Notes: generated from the letters alone by a model not told the origin. A DNA stretch of 35,988 bases from Myxococcota bacterium (GCA_039208735.1 JBCCQY010000093.1:1-35988); one strand, 5' to 3'. Positions 1-10,517 are shown, counted from the first letter of the stretch. Numbers and translations are program-made.

Positions 1-201
1 ACCCAACTTGGGCTGCGTGACGATCTCGTAGATCAGGGAGTCGACATTGGATTCGGCAATCAGCTCCAGAGTGGCACTGCCATCCTCTTCGAGTCGAATG
101 GAGCCGTCTCCAACGGTAATCTGGACGACGGGTGGTGGTTCGGCACCGGTACACCCGGCGACCAGTCCCCCCAACACCAATATGCGGGCGTAGGACCTCA
201 T
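1..201 (-). CDS. 5' part of a lipoprotein with a probable Ig-like/cadherin-like domain (runs off the window edge)
   Basis: Not in the ORF track; translated by hand from ATG at 201: MRSYARILVLGGLVAGC-TGAEPPPVVQITVGDGSIRLEEDGSATLELIAESNVDSLIYEIVTQPKLG. Lipobox VAGC; the 'EDGS..L.L....LIYEIVTQP..G' pattern resembles Big_9/tandem-95 Ig repeats; GAGGGA upstream. Confidence 0.65.
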   Translation of the reverse strand, partial: MRSYARILVLGGLVAGCTGAEPPPVVQITVGDGSIRLEEDGSATLELIAESNVDSLIYEIVTQPKLG

Positions 202-441
202 GTTTCTTCCCTCTGCTGTAGACGGACGGGCGACAGTATACGGATGCCGTCAGGTGAGCGCAAGGGGACGAATCCGTCTCACGTTGGTGACGAGACCAGC
301 GCGCGCGCCAATCGATCTCGGTCGGATTGCCTTTCTCCGATTTTCTTCCTACACGCTTACCGCCACGATCCTGGCGGACTTGTCCTTTGGATTGCTGGCG
401 ATGACAGGGGCGCGCGTCTAGAATCCCGTTTCGGAGAGAGT

Positions 442-1863
442 GTGTTCACGATAAACCTCATTGTCGCTAGTACGTTGACGAGCACTGCGTTTGCGCAGGA
501 CGTAGCGCCGTCGAATCAACCTCAGTCCGCCGAGATCGAGCTGCTGCGACCGGTACTTTCGCCACGTACCGGGGTTGGAATCGACAGTATGGCGCTAGAG
601 AGGCCGGGATCCTTCCGAATTGGTGTTTTCGCAAATTACCTGGCGAATCCGTTGGTTTTGCAGCAGCAAGATGCGGACGACCTGCGGGTAATTGCCAATC
701 GCGCAACCGCCCACCTCGCGTTCGCGGCTGACGTCAGCGACCGTGTGGGAATTCGCGCAAGTCTTCCGTTGGCGCTCAGCTGGGGCTCCGACAACAGCGA
801 TTACACGGCCGATGGATTTGGCTTGGGAGACCTTTCCGCGGGCGTGCGCGGCGTCCTCGTCGAAACCGACAACCTCGCATTTGGTGCGCACGGGGACGTC
901 TTCCTGCCCACAGGTCGATCGGCGTCGTGGTTAGGCGAAGGCGCGGTGCGGATTGGCGCAGGTCTTGGCCTGACCATCGACCCCTCCGATACGTTTTCAA
1001 TCTCCGTCACCGCCGGGGGTCGCACGCGCGACTCCATCCTGACGGGCGCCCAGCTCGAACTGGGACCTGAGGCCTACACCTCGCTGGGTGGGTATCTGGC
1101 CCTTTCCGATGCGGTGTCGCTCAACGCCGGGGTGCTCGGTCGCCTCGCGATTCTCGACGGCACCAATGCGCTCGAAGCGCTCATTGGCGCAGAGATTGCC
1201 CCGAGCGACCTCGTGGCCGTCAACCTTACGGCCGGCCGTGGGCTGACCAGTGGCGTCGGCTCCAGCGACTTTCGGGTGTTGGGTGGCGTGACGTTCCGCC
1301 GTGCCGGCCCCGAGCCAGAGCTGGCGCTCCCGACGGTTCTCGATGACTTCTCGGCCCTGCCCGAAGACTTCACCGATGAGATCGAAGCCCTCGACGCCGA
1401 AAAGGAATGGGACCCAAGCAAGATCGCCCGGGTCAACCGGGGCCAGGTCGAGATTCGTGACCCCATCAAGTTCAAGGTGGGCACAGACCGCGTCTTGGAC
1501 GAGTCGCAGCCCATCCTGGACGCCGTCCACGAGATTCTCGAGACCACGCCCGAAATCATTCACGTCGTGGTTGTGGGCCATGCGTCGAACGAAGGGTCGT
1601 ACGAAGTCAACTACGCCTTGTCGCTCGAGCGCGCGAACGCCGTGTTCGAAGAGCTGCTCCGTCGTGGGGTCCATCCCGACCGTCTTTCGGTCCGGGCGAT
1701 GGGTGAAATCTCCCCGGTCGGCGAAACCAATGACGACGCGGCGTCGCGTCGGGTCGAATTCCGCATCACGCGCGCCCTGAACCAGGGTGAACGCCTTCCC
1801 AACTACAGCAACATCGATCAGCTGCCCTTTAACGGAGAGCAGCGGCCTGGAGGAGCCCAGTGA
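442..1863 (+). CDS. OmpA-family outer-membrane protein with an N-terminal beta-barrel and a C-terminal peptidoglycan-binding domain (TraB-like layout, no TSP3 repeats)
   Basis: ORF 244-1863; likely start is GTG 442 after GGAGAG, giving the signal peptide ...STAFA-Q. Alternating amphipathic strands ('[11 protein letters not shown]', '[21 protein letters not shown]'). C-terminal OmpA motifs 'IKFKVGTD', 'VVGHAS', '[12 protein letters not shown]', 'MGEISP', 'SRRVEF'. Confidence 0.85.
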   Translation: MFTINLIVASTLTSTAFAQDVAPSNQPQSAEIELLRPVLSPRTGVGIDSMALERPGSFRIGVFANYLANPLVLQQQDADDLRVIANRATAHLAFAADVSDRVGIRASLPLALSWGSDNSDYTADGFGLGDLSAGVRGVLVETDNLAFGAHGDVFLPTGRSASWLGEGAVRIGAGLGLTIDPSDTFSISVTAGGRTRDSILTGAQLELGPEAYTSLGGYLALSDAVSLNAGVLGRLAILDGTNALEALIGAEIAPSDLVAVNLTAGRGLTSGVGSSDFRVLGGVTFRRAGPEPELALPTVLDDFSALPEDFTDEIEALDAEKEWDPSKIARVNRGQVEIRDPIKFKVGTDRVLDESQPILDAVHEILETTPEIIHVVVVGHASNEGSYEVNYALSLERANAVFEELLRRGVHPDRLSVRAMGEISPVGETNDDAASRRVEFRITRALNQGERLPNYSNIDQLPFNGEQRPGGAQ

Positions 1864-4800
1864 TGCTGTTCATAAGCTGGATTCTCGCAACGACCGGGGT
1901 GGCGCACGCTCAGTGTTCGGCGCCCGAAGAAGCAGACCGCAACTGTAACGGCGTGCCTGAAAGTGCCGAGGGTCTCGTCGATCTGTCGGACCCGCTTTGT
2001 GCGTCGAATGTGGGCCCCTTCGGCGACCGCGACAGTCGAGACTGGTACTACGACTACGGTTCCTATGGCTGCGAAATCTTCCTCGACCCACAGCAGTTCG
2101 ACCCGGACGGCGACGGCAAGGGCTCGGGGCTCATTCTGTTGCCCATCAACAGTCCGAACCCCATCGGCATCTTCTTGCTGGAGTGCGACAACTGCCCGCA
2201 GAACACCTTCCCCAATGCTGACCAGGCCGATGAGGACTGCGACGGGGTTGGCGACGTCTGCGACAACTGCGTCGACACGCCGAACACGAACCAGCTCGAC
2301 CAAGACAACGACGATGTTGGCGATGAGTGCGACCCCTGCGTGTTCGAAGAGGGCGGCGACATCGACGATGACGGCGACGGCATCGGGAATGCCTGCGACA
2401 GCTGCCCGGACCTCCCGAACCCGCTGCAGCAGAACACCGATGGCGACGCTCGCGGCGACGATTGCGACAACTGCCTGACCGTCGTGAACAACCCCATCGA
2501 CACCGATGGCGACAACATCCCCGATACCCAGCCGGATGCGGATGCCGACGGCTTCGGGGATGCTTGCGACGTCTGCCCCGACGACGCCGACCCCGAGCAG
2601 ACCGACAGCGACTTCGACCTCGTGGGCAATGCCTGCGACGTCTGCCCCGGCGAGCGCGACCCCAACCAGTCCGACATGGACAGTGACGGGGTTGGCGATG
2701 AGTGCGACGCCTGCGAAGAGGTCGACGACCCGCTGCAGGAGAACTCCGACGCGGACCGGTTCGGAAACGCCTGCGACAACTGCCCGATGTTCTCGAACGC
2801 CGACCAAGCCGATGAGGACGAAGACGGCGTGGGCGACGCGTGCGACGTCTGCCCGCTCATCCCGAACGCAGCGCAGGCCGACCGTGACGGCGATGGCGAT
2901 GGCGACGAGTGCGACAACTGCCCCGACGTCCCCAACAGCGACCAGAGCGACCTTGATGGCGACGGCGAAGGGGACGCGTGCGACCGGAACCCCGCCCTCC
3001 GCGGTGGCGCATGCAACACCACCGGCCCGGCCGGCCTGTTCGGCCTCGGCGGGCTCCTGATGTTCGGGCTTCTTCGTCGGAGGAGGGTTCCTGTGAGCGG
3101 AACCACCTCCCGCTCGATCGCCGCGGTGCTCCTCGCTCTCGGCCTCGCGGGCTGCGAGGGTGACTTCGTGATTCAGCCCACGGAGACCACCGAGCCCTGC
3201 ACCGGACCCGAGTGTGATCCCGTCACCGTGACCACCCCGTGCATCGAGCTGAAGCCCAACGTCCTCGACTATGGGGAATTCCAGTTTGAAGAGGCGCCGC
3301 CCGAGCTGACCGTCTCCATCGGCAACCCCTGCGCCGGCTCCCTCGAAATCTCCGAGCTGTCGTTCGAGTCCAAGGTCAAGGACCTCCCCGAGGCCTTCGA
3401 GATCGTCAACGCACCGACCCTTCCGCTAGTCGTGAAGGCGTCCGACACCGTCGACCTCGTGATTCGCGCGGCAGCTCCTCGCTTTGGGAACTTCTCGGAC
3501 CGGTTGGTGGTCAGCAGCAACGACCTCAACTTCCCCGAAGACGTGGTCGCCATGTCGGCATCGGCAGTGTGTGAAAGCGCTGCGCTCGACGTTGATGATG
3601 ACGGCGACACCATTCCAAACGGCTGTGACATCTGCCTCGCCGGCGACGACCGCCGCGACAACGACAAAGACGGCGTGCCCGATGCATGCGACCGCTGTGT
3701 CGGCGCAGACGACACCATCGACTTTGATGGTGACACCGTGCCCGACGACTGCGACGCCTGCCCCGATGGCGACGACACCATCGATGACGACACCGACGGC
3801 ATTCCCGACGCTTGCGACTCCTGCCCCGCAGGAAACAACTTCCAGGACGTCGACCAGGACACCGTCCCGGATGCATGCGATCTCTGCGACAACTTCGATG
3901 ACCGCATCGACCTCGACTTCGATGACGTGCCCGGTGACGGCACTGCCGGAAGCTGCGACATCTGCGAAGGCTTCAACGATACCATTGACCTCGACGGCGA
4001 CGGCGTTCCTGGCGATGGCACGCCTCAGTCGTGCGACGTTTGCGAAGGATTCCCCGACGGCATCGATACCGATGGCGACGGAGTGCCTGGCGACAACGGG
4101 GTGACCCCCGGTGGCTGCGATCTGTGCGAAGGTTTCGACGATGCGTTGGACGACGACCTCGACGGCGTCCCGAATGGCTGCGACATCTGCAACCTTGGAC
4201 CCGACAACCTCGACGCCGACAACGACGGTGTGCCTGATGACTGTGACAAGTGCGCGGGCTTCGATGACACGCTCGATGCCGATGGCGACGGCCGCCCCGA
4301 CGGCTGCGATGCCTGCGATCTCGGTGACGACACCCTCGACGCCGACGGCGACAATGTGGCCGACGCGTGCGATCTCTGCCCCAACTTCGATGATGCGATC
4401 GATGCCGACCAAGACACGATTCCCGACGCATGCGACATCTGCCCGAACGGCGATGACCGGGACGACGCCGATGTCGACGGCACACCTGACTTCTGTGACC
4501 TCTGCCCCAACTTCGATGACCTGATCGACGACGACCTCGATGGCGTGCCCGGCGGGCTGGACATCAACAACGTCGTGCTCGCTGGCAGCTGCGATCTCTG
4601 CGAAGGCTTTGACGACCTGCTCGACGACGACCAGGACACGATTCCTGACGCCTGCGACCTCTGCCCAGACTTCGACGACCTCGACGACCAGGATGGCGAC
4701 GGCCTGCCGGACCGCGAAGACTGCGACTCCTGCGTGGGCCTCAACAACGCGATCGATGACGATGGCGACGGTGTGCCCGGCGGTCTCGACATGAATGGCG

Positions 4801-6746
4801 ACATTCTCGAAGGCAGCTGTGACCTCTGCGAGGGTGTCGACGACAGCATCGACGCCGACAGCGACACGATTCCCGACGCTTGTGACGTCTGCCCCGGCTT
4901 CGATGACCTCGCCGACGACGACGTCGACCTCGTTCCGAACGACTGCGACGTCTGCCCCGGCTTCGACGACGCTGAAGACGCCGATGGCGACAGCGTGCCC
5001 GACGGCTGCGATGTCTGCGACAAGGGCGACGATACTCTCGACGCCGACGCCGACACCGTGCCCGACGCGTGCGATCGCTGCGCCGGCTTCGACGACACCA
5101 TCGACGCCGACTTCGACGGCCTGCCCGACCGCGAGCCCGACTGCGACCCCTGCGTAGGCGTGCAGAAGATCGACGCGTTCCCGCAGACGCCGGCCAACCT
5201 CATCGACCTTCTCGTCGTGGTCGACGATTCGTGCTCGATGGGCGACGAACAGGCCGCCCTTGGCTCGAACTTCGATGACTTCATCTTGGCGATGGCTGGC
5301 GTGGGCGCCAATTGGCAGGTCGCCGTCATCAGTACGTCGAGCCCTGACTTCCTCGGCCCGATCATCCTCAACGGCCCCGGTGCGGCCGCGGAGTTCGCAA
5401 GCCAGGTCAACGTGGGCACCGCCGGCAATGCGAACGAACAGGGCATTCAGCGCGCCTACGACTCCACCCAGCCGGGGGGGGACGCGGCCCCCGGAAGCAC
5501 CTTCTTACGGCAGGATGCCGTGCTCTCTGTCGTCATGGTCTCGGACGAGCCTGACTCGAGCACGATCACCCCCCTGCAGGCCTACACCTACTGGCTCGGC
5601 CTCAAGAACAACGACCCCGGCAAGGTGGTTGTAAACGGCATTCTCAACACCAATGCCGCAGGCGGCTACGACCAGCTGATCACACTCGCCTCTGGCCAAA
5701 CGTTCGACATCGTCAACACGACCTGGGGTTCTGACCTTGCGCAGATCGCGACCGGTTCGCTAGCCAGCTTGGCCTTCCCGCTTAACGACATCCCTGTGCC
5801 GGAGAGCATTCTCGTGCGCTCGAACGGGGTGCCGATCGAGGGCTGGATCTATGACCAATCGCAGAACGGCGTGCTCTTCGACGGCTCGAATCGTCCCGCG
5901 TCCGGCACGCTCGTCACCGTCGAATACATCGAGGATTGCGAAGGCGTGATCGATGGTTGTAATGACGGCATCGACCAAGATGGCGACGGCCTCGTCGACT
6001 GGCCGAACGACCCCGGTTGTGAAACCCCGTTCGACCCGAACGAGACCGACCCGCTGACGACGCCGGCGTGCTTCAACAACTCTGACGATGACAGCGACGG
6101 TCTGACGGACTTCCCGAACGACCCCGAGTGCATCTCGGCTGCACACCGCTACGAGAACTGCACCGAACTCGACAGCGACGTGTTTGGCTACCGGATGTGC
6201 GAGCAGGTCGGCGCCACCAACGTCTGTCCCGACCTGTCGGCCAGCAACATCACGCTGGCCCTTGGTGATGAAGGCACCGTTGAAGTCTCACTCGGCTTCT
6301 CGTTTGACTTCTACGGCATCGACTACTCGAGCGTCTTTGTGGGCGCGAACGGCACGCTCAACTTCGAGCTGCCGTTGTCGCCGCCGCAGAACCAGTGCTT
6401 GCCCGCCAACACGCAGGACCGCACCATCATGGCCTGGTGGGACGACCTCAACCCGGCGGGTGGCCAGGTTTGGGCACGGACCTCGGGTGCCGCCCCGAAC
6501 CAGCGGTTCGAGGTGCAGTGGAAGGTGCCACACTTCAATGGCGGCGTTGTCGACGTCCGCGCGGTGCTCCGCGAAGGCTCCAACGACATCGAGATCTGCT
6601 ACGTCGACTCGCTCTCTGGGCTTGGGATCGACAATGGGGCCAGCGCAACGGCCGGTATCCAGGGTAACCAGAGTGTGTTCCTCGAATACAGCTGCTTCGA
6701 CGGCGGCATGATTCAGGGCAACGTGGTGCGCTTCACTCACCCCTGA
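1863..6746 (+). CDS. Giant Asp/Cys-rich surface protein as read in one frame: TSP3-repeat unit with an internal MYXO-CTERM-like tail (1863-~3092) joined to a lipoprotein adhesin unit (3093-6746)
   Basis: Single ORF 1860-6746, with the start overlapping the OmpA stop (GTGATG). Sec signal ...GVAHA-Q; 11 CDxC TSP3 repeats; '[28 protein letters not shown]'; then a second signal with lipobox LAGC. Probably two functional units (see findings). Confidence 0.8.
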   Translation: MLFISWILATTGVAHAQCSAPEEADRNCNGVPESAEGLVDLSDPLCASNVGPFGDRDSRDWYYDYGSYGCEIFLDPQQFDPDGDGKGSGLILLPINSPNPIGIFLLECDNCPQNTFPNADQADEDCDGVGDVCDNCVDTPNTNQLDQDNDDVGDECDPCVFEEGGDIDDDGDGIGNACDSCPDLPNPLQQNTDGDARGDDCDNCLTVVNNPIDTDGDNIPDTQPDADADGFGDACDVCPDDADPEQTDSDFDLVGNACDVCPGERDPNQSDMDSDGVGDECDACEEVDDPLQENSDADRFGNACDNCPMFSNADQADEDEDGVGDACDVCPLIPNAAQADRDGDGDGDECDNCPDVPNSDQSDLDGDGEGDACDRNPALRGGACNTTGPAGLFGLGGLLMFGLLRRRRVPVSGTTSRSIAAVLLALGLAGCEGDFVIQPTETTEPCTGPECDPVTVTTPCIELKPNVLDYGEFQFEEAPPELTVSIGNPCAGSLEISELSFESKVKDLPEAFEIVNAPTLPLVVKASDTVDLVIRAAAPRFGNFSDRLVVSSNDLNFPEDVVAMSASAVCESAALDVDDDGDTIPNGCDICLAGDDRRDNDKDGVPDACDRCVGADDTIDFDGDTVPDDCDACPDGDDTIDDDTDGIPDACDSCPAGNNFQDVDQDTVPDACDLCDNFDDRIDLDFDDVPGDGTAGSCDICEGFNDTIDLDGDGVPGDGTPQSCDVCEGFPDGIDTDGDGVPGDNGVTPGGCDLCEGFDDALDDDLDGVPNGCDICNLGPDNLDADNDGVPDDCDKCAGFDDTLDADGDGRPDGCDACDLGDDTLDADGDNVADACDLCPNFDDAIDADQDTIPDACDICPNGDDRDDADVDGTPDFCDLCPNFDDLIDDDLDGVPGGLDINNVVLAGSCDLCEGFDDLLDDDQDTIPDACDLCPDFDDLDDQDGDGLPDREDCDSCVGLNNAIDDDGDGVPGGLDMNGDILEGSCDLCEGVDDSIDADSDTIPDACDVCPGFDDLADDDVDLVPNDCDVCPGFDDAEDADGDSVPDGCDVCDKGDDTLDADADTVPDACDRCAGFDDTIDADFDGLPDREPDCDPCVGVQKIDAFPQTPANLIDLLVVVDDSCSMGDEQAALGSNFDDFILAMAGVGANWQVAVISTSSPDFLGPIILNGPGAAAEFASQVNVGTAGNANEQGIQRAYDSTQPGGDAAPGSTFLRQDAVLSVVMVSDEPDSSTITPLQAYTYWLGLKNNDPGKVVVNGILNTNAAGGYDQLITLASGQTFDIVNTTWGSDLAQIATGSLASLAFPLNDIPVPESILVRSNGVPIEGWIYDQSQNGVLFDGSNRPASGTLVTVEYIEDCEGVIDGCNDGIDQDGDGLVDWPNDPGCETPFDPNETDPLTTPACFNNSDDDSDGLTDFPNDPECISAAHRYENCTELDSDVFGYRMCEQVGATNVCPDLSASNITLALGDEGTVEVSLGFSFDFYGIDYSSVFVGANGTLNFELPLSPPQNQCLPANTQDRTIMAWWDDLNPAGGQVWARTSGAAPNQRFEVQWKVPHFNGGVVDVRAVLREGSNDIEICYVDSLSGLGIDNGASATAGIQGNQSVFLEYSCFDGGMIQGNVVRFTHP
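2185..2985 (+). repeat. Canonical ~23-aa thrombospondin type-3-like coding repeats (P..N.DQ.D.D.DG.GD.CD.C)
   Basis: 11 CDxC units counted in the translation, most with the N..Q signature. Confidence 0.85.
3093..6746 (+). CDS. Probable independent lipoprotein adhesin (~1217 aa): ASH/choice-of-anchor-D Ig-like domain, 23 CDxC Ca-binding repeats, VWA domain, Cys-rich DxDxDG motifs, NIDO-like C-terminal domain
   Basis: AGGAGG at 3081-3086, GTG at 3093, lipobox Cys at codon 21 (3153-3155). MIDAS-type '[11 protein letters not shown]'; '[21 protein letters not shown]'; '[21 protein letters not shown]...[10 protein letters not shown]'. Colinear with the paralog at 6939-10517. Confidence 0.7.
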   Translation: MSGTTSRSIAAVLLALGLAGCEGDFVIQPTETTEPCTGPECDPVTVTTPCIELKPNVLDYGEFQFEEAPPELTVSIGNPCAGSLEISELSFESKVKDLPEAFEIVNAPTLPLVVKASDTVDLVIRAAAPRFGNFSDRLVVSSNDLNFPEDVVAMSASAVCESAALDVDDDGDTIPNGCDICLAGDDRRDNDKDGVPDACDRCVGADDTIDFDGDTVPDDCDACPDGDDTIDDDTDGIPDACDSCPAGNNFQDVDQDTVPDACDLCDNFDDRIDLDFDDVPGDGTAGSCDICEGFNDTIDLDGDGVPGDGTPQSCDVCEGFPDGIDTDGDGVPGDNGVTPGGCDLCEGFDDALDDDLDGVPNGCDICNLGPDNLDADNDGVPDDCDKCAGFDDTLDADGDGRPDGCDACDLGDDTLDADGDNVADACDLCPNFDDAIDADQDTIPDACDICPNGDDRDDADVDGTPDFCDLCPNFDDLIDDDLDGVPGGLDINNVVLAGSCDLCEGFDDLLDDDQDTIPDACDLCPDFDDLDDQDGDGLPDREDCDSCVGLNNAIDDDGDGVPGGLDMNGDILEGSCDLCEGVDDSIDADSDTIPDACDVCPGFDDLADDDVDLVPNDCDVCPGFDDAEDADGDSVPDGCDVCDKGDDTLDADADTVPDACDRCAGFDDTIDADFDGLPDREPDCDPCVGVQKIDAFPQTPANLIDLLVVVDDSCSMGDEQAALGSNFDDFILAMAGVGANWQVAVISTSSPDFLGPIILNGPGAAAEFASQVNVGTAGNANEQGIQRAYDSTQPGGDAAPGSTFLRQDAVLSVVMVSDEPDSSTITPLQAYTYWLGLKNNDPGKVVVNGILNTNAAGGYDQLITLASGQTFDIVNTTWGSDLAQIATGSLASLAFPLNDIPVPESILVRSNGVPIEGWIYDQSQNGVLFDGSNRPASGTLVTVEYIEDCEGVIDGCNDGIDQDGDGLVDWPNDPGCETPFDPNETDPLTTPACFNNSDDDSDGLTDFPNDPECISAAHRYENCTELDSDVFGYRMCEQVGATNVCPDLSASNITLALGDEGTVEVSLGFSFDFYGIDYSSVFVGANGTLNFELPLSPPQNQCLPANTQDRTIMAWWDDLNPAGGQVWARTSGAAPNQRFEVQWKVPHFNGGVVDVRAVLREGSNDIEICYVDSLSGLGIDNGASATAGIQGNQSVFLEYSCFDGGMIQGNVVRFTHP
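3590..5155 (+). repeat. 21-aa TSP3-variant coding repeats (..DD..D.D.D.VPD.CD.C), 23 units
   Basis: Counted in the translation; several units carry insertions ([20 protein letters not shown]). Confidence 0.85.
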
Positions 6747-6769
6747 TGTGAAACTGGATTCGGCTTGAT

Positions 6770-6805
6770 AAAGCCCCGGTTTCGGTTTTCCGAAGCCGGG
6801 GCTTT
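6770..6805. terminator. Rho-independent terminator-like hairpin, possibly bidirectional
   Basis: AAAGCCCCGGTTTCGG-TTTT-CCGAAGCCGGGGCTTT: 16-bp stem with one G-U pair, just downstream of the stop at 6746. Confidence 0.8.
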
Positions 6806-6824
6806 CTGCATCTCTAGGCAGCGC

Positions 6825-6935
6825 CATCCACATTCGATAGAATGCGAGTGTTTTGCCATTATTGGCACTCTTGCCATTCAAGACAGTTTACCTTTGTATG
6901 TAATCGCACCTTTTGCATCGTTGAGTTGGAGAAAC
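6825..6935 (+). promoter_or_regulatory. AT-rich promoter region of the second adhesin, with repeated and palindromic motifs
   Basis: Much lower GC than the flanks; TTGCCATT at 6853 and 6871; TGCCA-TTAT-TGGCA; CATTC-GATA-GAATG; GGAG before ATG 6939. Confidence 0.45.
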
Positions 6936-6938
6936 CGA

Positions 6939-9900
6939 ATGGTCACACGCCACAGATTGGCCCAATTTGGGACGTCAATCCTCGTACTCAGCTTGATGGG
7001 GTGCTCGGGTGACTCCGATCCGAATACGGATGCTACGCTCCCCGTTCCCGTCCCCGATGAGATTCCGTGCATCCAGCTTTCCCCTCAGCTCCTTGATTTT
7101 GGAGAAATTCGGTTTGGCGCAACCGGGGGGCGGGAGACCTTCGAAGTTCGCAACAATTGTGAAGGGGAACTCATCGTCACCGCGATGAGCTTCGAGGGCG
7201 GCGACACGTTCACGCTTGAGGATGTCGCTTTGCCCTTCTCGGTCTTCGCGGGTCGAAGCGAGATCGTGAGTGTTCGCACTCAGCCCCAAGGATACGGCGC
7301 GTTCTCGGATCAGCTCATCGTCCAAAGCAACGATCCAAACTTTCCTTCTGACTCCCTGACCCTCGTGGTCGATTCGGTGTGCACCAGCACGAGCTTCGAC
7401 ATCGATACCGACGGAGACGGCATCCCCGACGGCTGCGACGCCTGTGCGGAGGGGGACGACAGCGCCGATGCCGACCTCGATTCTGTGCCCGACGCCTGCG
7501 ATGCGTGCGAGGGGTTTGACGACGCTCTCGACAAGGACCTCGACACGGTTCCCGACGCCTGCGATGTGTGTCCGTTTGGAAACGACACCTTCGACGGCGA
7601 TGGTGACACCGTTCCCGATGCCTGCGACATCTGCCCGTTCGGAAGCGACCTCGAAGATGGCGATGGTGACACCGTTCCCGACGCTTGCGACGTCTGTGAG
7701 CTTGGGGATGATGCGGTCGATGACGACGCCGACACCGTACCCAACGCTTGCGACATCTGTGCAGGCGCCGACGACCGCATCGATGATGACCTCGACACCC
7801 GACCCAACGGGTGCGACGTCTGCCCCGGATTCGACGACCTTGACGACCTCGATAGCGACGGCAATCCGGACGGTTGCGACATTTGCCAGGGGTTCGACGA
7901 CAACATCGACACCGATGGCGACGGGGTGCCGGGGGATGGCCTGTCACCCAACAGCTGTGATGTTTGCGAGGGCTTCCTCGACAGCGCGGATGCGGATGGC
8001 GATTCGTTCCCCGATGGCTGCGATCGGTGTCCGTTGGGGAGCGACCTGTTCGATACCGACGGGGATTTCGTGCCGGATGCCTGTGACATCTGTGAAGGCT
8101 TCGACGACCAGATCGACGGCGATGGGGATGGACGACCGGACGGCTGCGACTCGTGCTTGCTCGGCGATGACAGCCTCGACGCCGATTCCGACGACGTCGC
8201 CGATGCTTGCGACATTTGCCAAGGGTTCGACGACCGCGTCGACAACGACTTCGATGGGTTCCCCGACGGGTGCGACCTCTGCCCTGGGTTTGACGACAGC
8301 GTCGATCTCGATGGCGACACCGTTCCCAACGGCTGCGATGTTTGCCCGGGCGAAGACGACCGGCTCGACGACGACAACGATGGCGTCCCCGACGGATGTG
8401 ACCGTTGTCCGAATGCCAACGACAACGCCGATGCCGACGCCGATACCGTCCCGGATGCCTGTGACCTCTGCCCCTTCGCGGACGACCTACAAGACCGAGA
8501 CAGCGACTCGATCCCGGATGCGTGCGACGCCTGCGACGGCTTCAATGATGCCATTGACCTAGATGGAGACGGCATTCCCGGAGATGGGACGGAGGGCAGC
8601 TGCGACATCTGCGAAGGATTCGCCGACCGCGATGACGCCGATGTTGACGGCATCCCCGACGGCTGCGATGCCTGCCGTGGCTTCGACGATCTCATTGACG
8701 AAGACCAGGATGGGGTGCCGAACGGGTGTGACATCTGCACGGGCTTCGACGACCTTCCCGACGCGGACGGCGACCTGATTCCCGACGGGTGTGACCAATG
8801 CGCCGCGGGAGACGACCTGCTCGATGCCGATGCCGACACCATCGCGGATGCCTGCGATGCCTGTCCGGGTTTCGACGACCGCGTCGACATCGATCTCGAC
8901 GGGGCGCCTGACGCTTGCGACACCTGCCTGGGCGCGCCCCAAACCGACAACTTGGCTCCCGCAAGTGCTCCAAAGCTTGACTTGCTCTTCGTGATCGACG
9001 ACAGCTGCAGCATGCTCGACGACCAGAACACCCTGGCCAATGCCTTTAGCGGGCTCACCAACGGCTTTGGTGTGGTGGGTGCCGACTGGCAGATTGGTGT
9101 GATCACGACGAGTTCCGCCACGCTTCAAGGCCCCATCATCGTCCCTGGACCCAGTGCATCAAGCGACTTCACGACCCAGGTCACCGCGGGCACAAATGGA
9201 CTGGCTGTCGAGGCCGGCATCGATCGAGCTTGGGAAGCGACCCAGCCGCTGGGCGACGCGGGTCCGGGCAGCCCATTCCTCCGCTCCGACGCTGCGCTCG
9301 TCATCCTGTTCTTCAGCGACGATCAGGACTCCAGCATGGCCATCACGCCTCAACAGGCCCTGACCTACTGGCAGGGCCTCAAGGGAGCGCCCGAACAGCT
9401 TGCGATCCATGGCTTTTTGAATCCGTTCGCGACCGCCGGGTACGACGTCGTGATCGACCAGGGTCGGATCTTCGACATCTTCGACCAGGCGTCGTTCGTG
9501 ACGAATCTCGAGGCGGCGGTGCTGGCTTCCACCCCGCCAACCACTCGCACGCTGTCAGCCTTGCCGGTGGTCGAGACGCTCGACGTCAAGCTCGACGGCG
9601 TCTCGAGTTCGGCGTGGCGCTACGACAGCTGCGCAAACCGCATCGAGGTTTCAGGTGGCGCCTTGGGCACCACCACCACGATCACGGTGGACTACGTCGA
9701 AGACTGCGGCAGTTCCATCGGAGCGTGTTCCGATGGCCTCGACAACGACGGCGACGGGCGAACCGACTTCCCCAACGAACCAGGGTGTTCCTCGGCGTGC
9801 GACAACAACGAGACCGATCCCGCCGTGCTCCCTCGGTGCGCGGATGGCCTCGACTCCGACGCAGACGGACAAACCGACTTTCCCGCCGACCCCGAGTGTG

Positions 9901-10517
9901 CCTCGGCTGCCGATCGGTCCGAGTCTTGCAGCGTGATCGACATCGACGACTTCGGCTACCAAATGTGCGAAGAACTCCTGCCGGTCGGCATCTGCCCTGA
10001 CCTCTCCGCCTCGCTGGTCGACCTGGGACTCGGCGACGAAGGCACCGCCTCGGTCCCACTCGGTTTCGACTTTGACTTCTACGGGGATACCTACACAAGC
10101 GTCTGGGTCGGCGCCAATGGCACACTGTCGTTTGGCAACGCGCTGTCGCCAGCAAGCAACCAGTGCCTACCCGATGACCGCTTCGACGCGGCCATCATGG
10201 CCTGGTGGGACGACCTCAATCCCGCCGGGGGAAGCGTGTGGACGCGCACGTCGGGAGCGGGCACGACGCGGCGGTTTGAAGTCCAATGGAAGGTCCCCCA
10301 CGTCAACGGTACCAGCACGCTCGACGTTCGCGCCGTGCTCCACGAAGCCACGGGCGATATCGACCTGTGCTACGTCGATTCGATCGGCGGCCTCGGCATC
10401 GACAATGGCACGAGTGCCACCTCGGGGATTCAGAGAGACTTCCGAGGCTTCCACGAATTCAGTTGTGGGAGCCCAGACCTGACGACCGGCAACGTGGTGC
10501 GGTTCCTGCACCCCTGA
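6939..10517 (+). CDS. Paralogous lipoprotein adhesin (~1192 aa): Ig/ASH - 24 CDxC repeats - VWA - Cys-rich - NIDO-like
   Basis: ORF 6765-10517; likely start ATG 6939 (MVTRHRLAQFGTSILVLSLMGC, lipobox). 'LLFVIDDSCSM' MIDAS motif; C-terminus 'GNVVRFLHP' versus 'GNVVRFTHP' in the paralog. Confidence 0.85.
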   Translation: MVTRHRLAQFGTSILVLSLMGCSGDSDPNTDATLPVPVPDEIPCIQLSPQLLDFGEIRFGATGGRETFEVRNNCEGELIVTAMSFEGGDTFTLEDVALPFSVFAGRSEIVSVRTQPQGYGAFSDQLIVQSNDPNFPSDSLTLVVDSVCTSTSFDIDTDGDGIPDGCDACAEGDDSADADLDSVPDACDACEGFDDALDKDLDTVPDACDVCPFGNDTFDGDGDTVPDACDICPFGSDLEDGDGDTVPDACDVCELGDDAVDDDADTVPNACDICAGADDRIDDDLDTRPNGCDVCPGFDDLDDLDSDGNPDGCDICQGFDDNIDTDGDGVPGDGLSPNSCDVCEGFLDSADADGDSFPDGCDRCPLGSDLFDTDGDFVPDACDICEGFDDQIDGDGDGRPDGCDSCLLGDDSLDADSDDVADACDICQGFDDRVDNDFDGFPDGCDLCPGFDDSVDLDGDTVPNGCDVCPGEDDRLDDDNDGVPDGCDRCPNANDNADADADTVPDACDLCPFADDLQDRDSDSIPDACDACDGFNDAIDLDGDGIPGDGTEGSCDICEGFADRDDADVDGIPDGCDACRGFDDLIDEDQDGVPNGCDICTGFDDLPDADGDLIPDGCDQCAAGDDLLDADADTIADACDACPGFDDRVDIDLDGAPDACDTCLGAPQTDNLAPASAPKLDLLFVIDDSCSMLDDQNTLANAFSGLTNGFGVVGADWQIGVITTSSATLQGPIIVPGPSASSDFTTQVTAGTNGLAVEAGIDRAWEATQPLGDAGPGSPFLRSDAALVILFFSDDQDSSMAITPQQALTYWQGLKGAPEQLAIHGFLNPFATAGYDVVIDQGRIFDIFDQASFVTNLEAAVLASTPPTTRTLSALPVVETLDVKLDGVSSSAWRYDSCANRIEVSGGALGTTTTITVDYVEDCGSSIGACSDGLDNDGDGRTDFPNEPGCSSACDNNETDPAVLPRCADGLDSDADGQTDFPADPECASAADRSESCSVIDIDDFGYQMCEELLPVGICPDLSASLVDLGLGDEGTASVPLGFDFDFYGDTYTSVWVGANGTLSFGNALSPASNQCLPDDRFDAAIMAWWDDLNPAGGSVWTRTSGAGTTRRFEVQWKVPHVNGTSTLDVRAVLHEATGDIDLCYVDSIGGLGIDNGTSATSGIQRDFRGFHEFSCGSPDLTTGNVVRFLHP
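7400..8930 (+). repeat. 21-aa TSP3-variant coding repeats, 24 units
   Basis: 24 CDxC units counted in the translation. Confidence 0.85.

Noticed and set aside
6862..6876. TGGCAC...TTGC as a sigma-54 promoter
   Set aside because: Only 2 nt separate TGGCAC and TTGC; the required GG-N10-GC spacing is not met.
3590..8930. Periodic DNA repeats (TGCGAC...TGC about every 63 bp) as a CRISPR array
   Set aside because: They are degenerate at third codon positions and lie in frame within proteins; there is no fixed repeat-spacer structure and no cas genes.
2063..9121. Long antisense ORFs (2063-3106, 4025-5446, 7310-9121, etc.) rich in Ser/Gln/Pro
   Set aside because: They are mirror images of the GAC/TGC-rich repeat genes, with no independent motifs.
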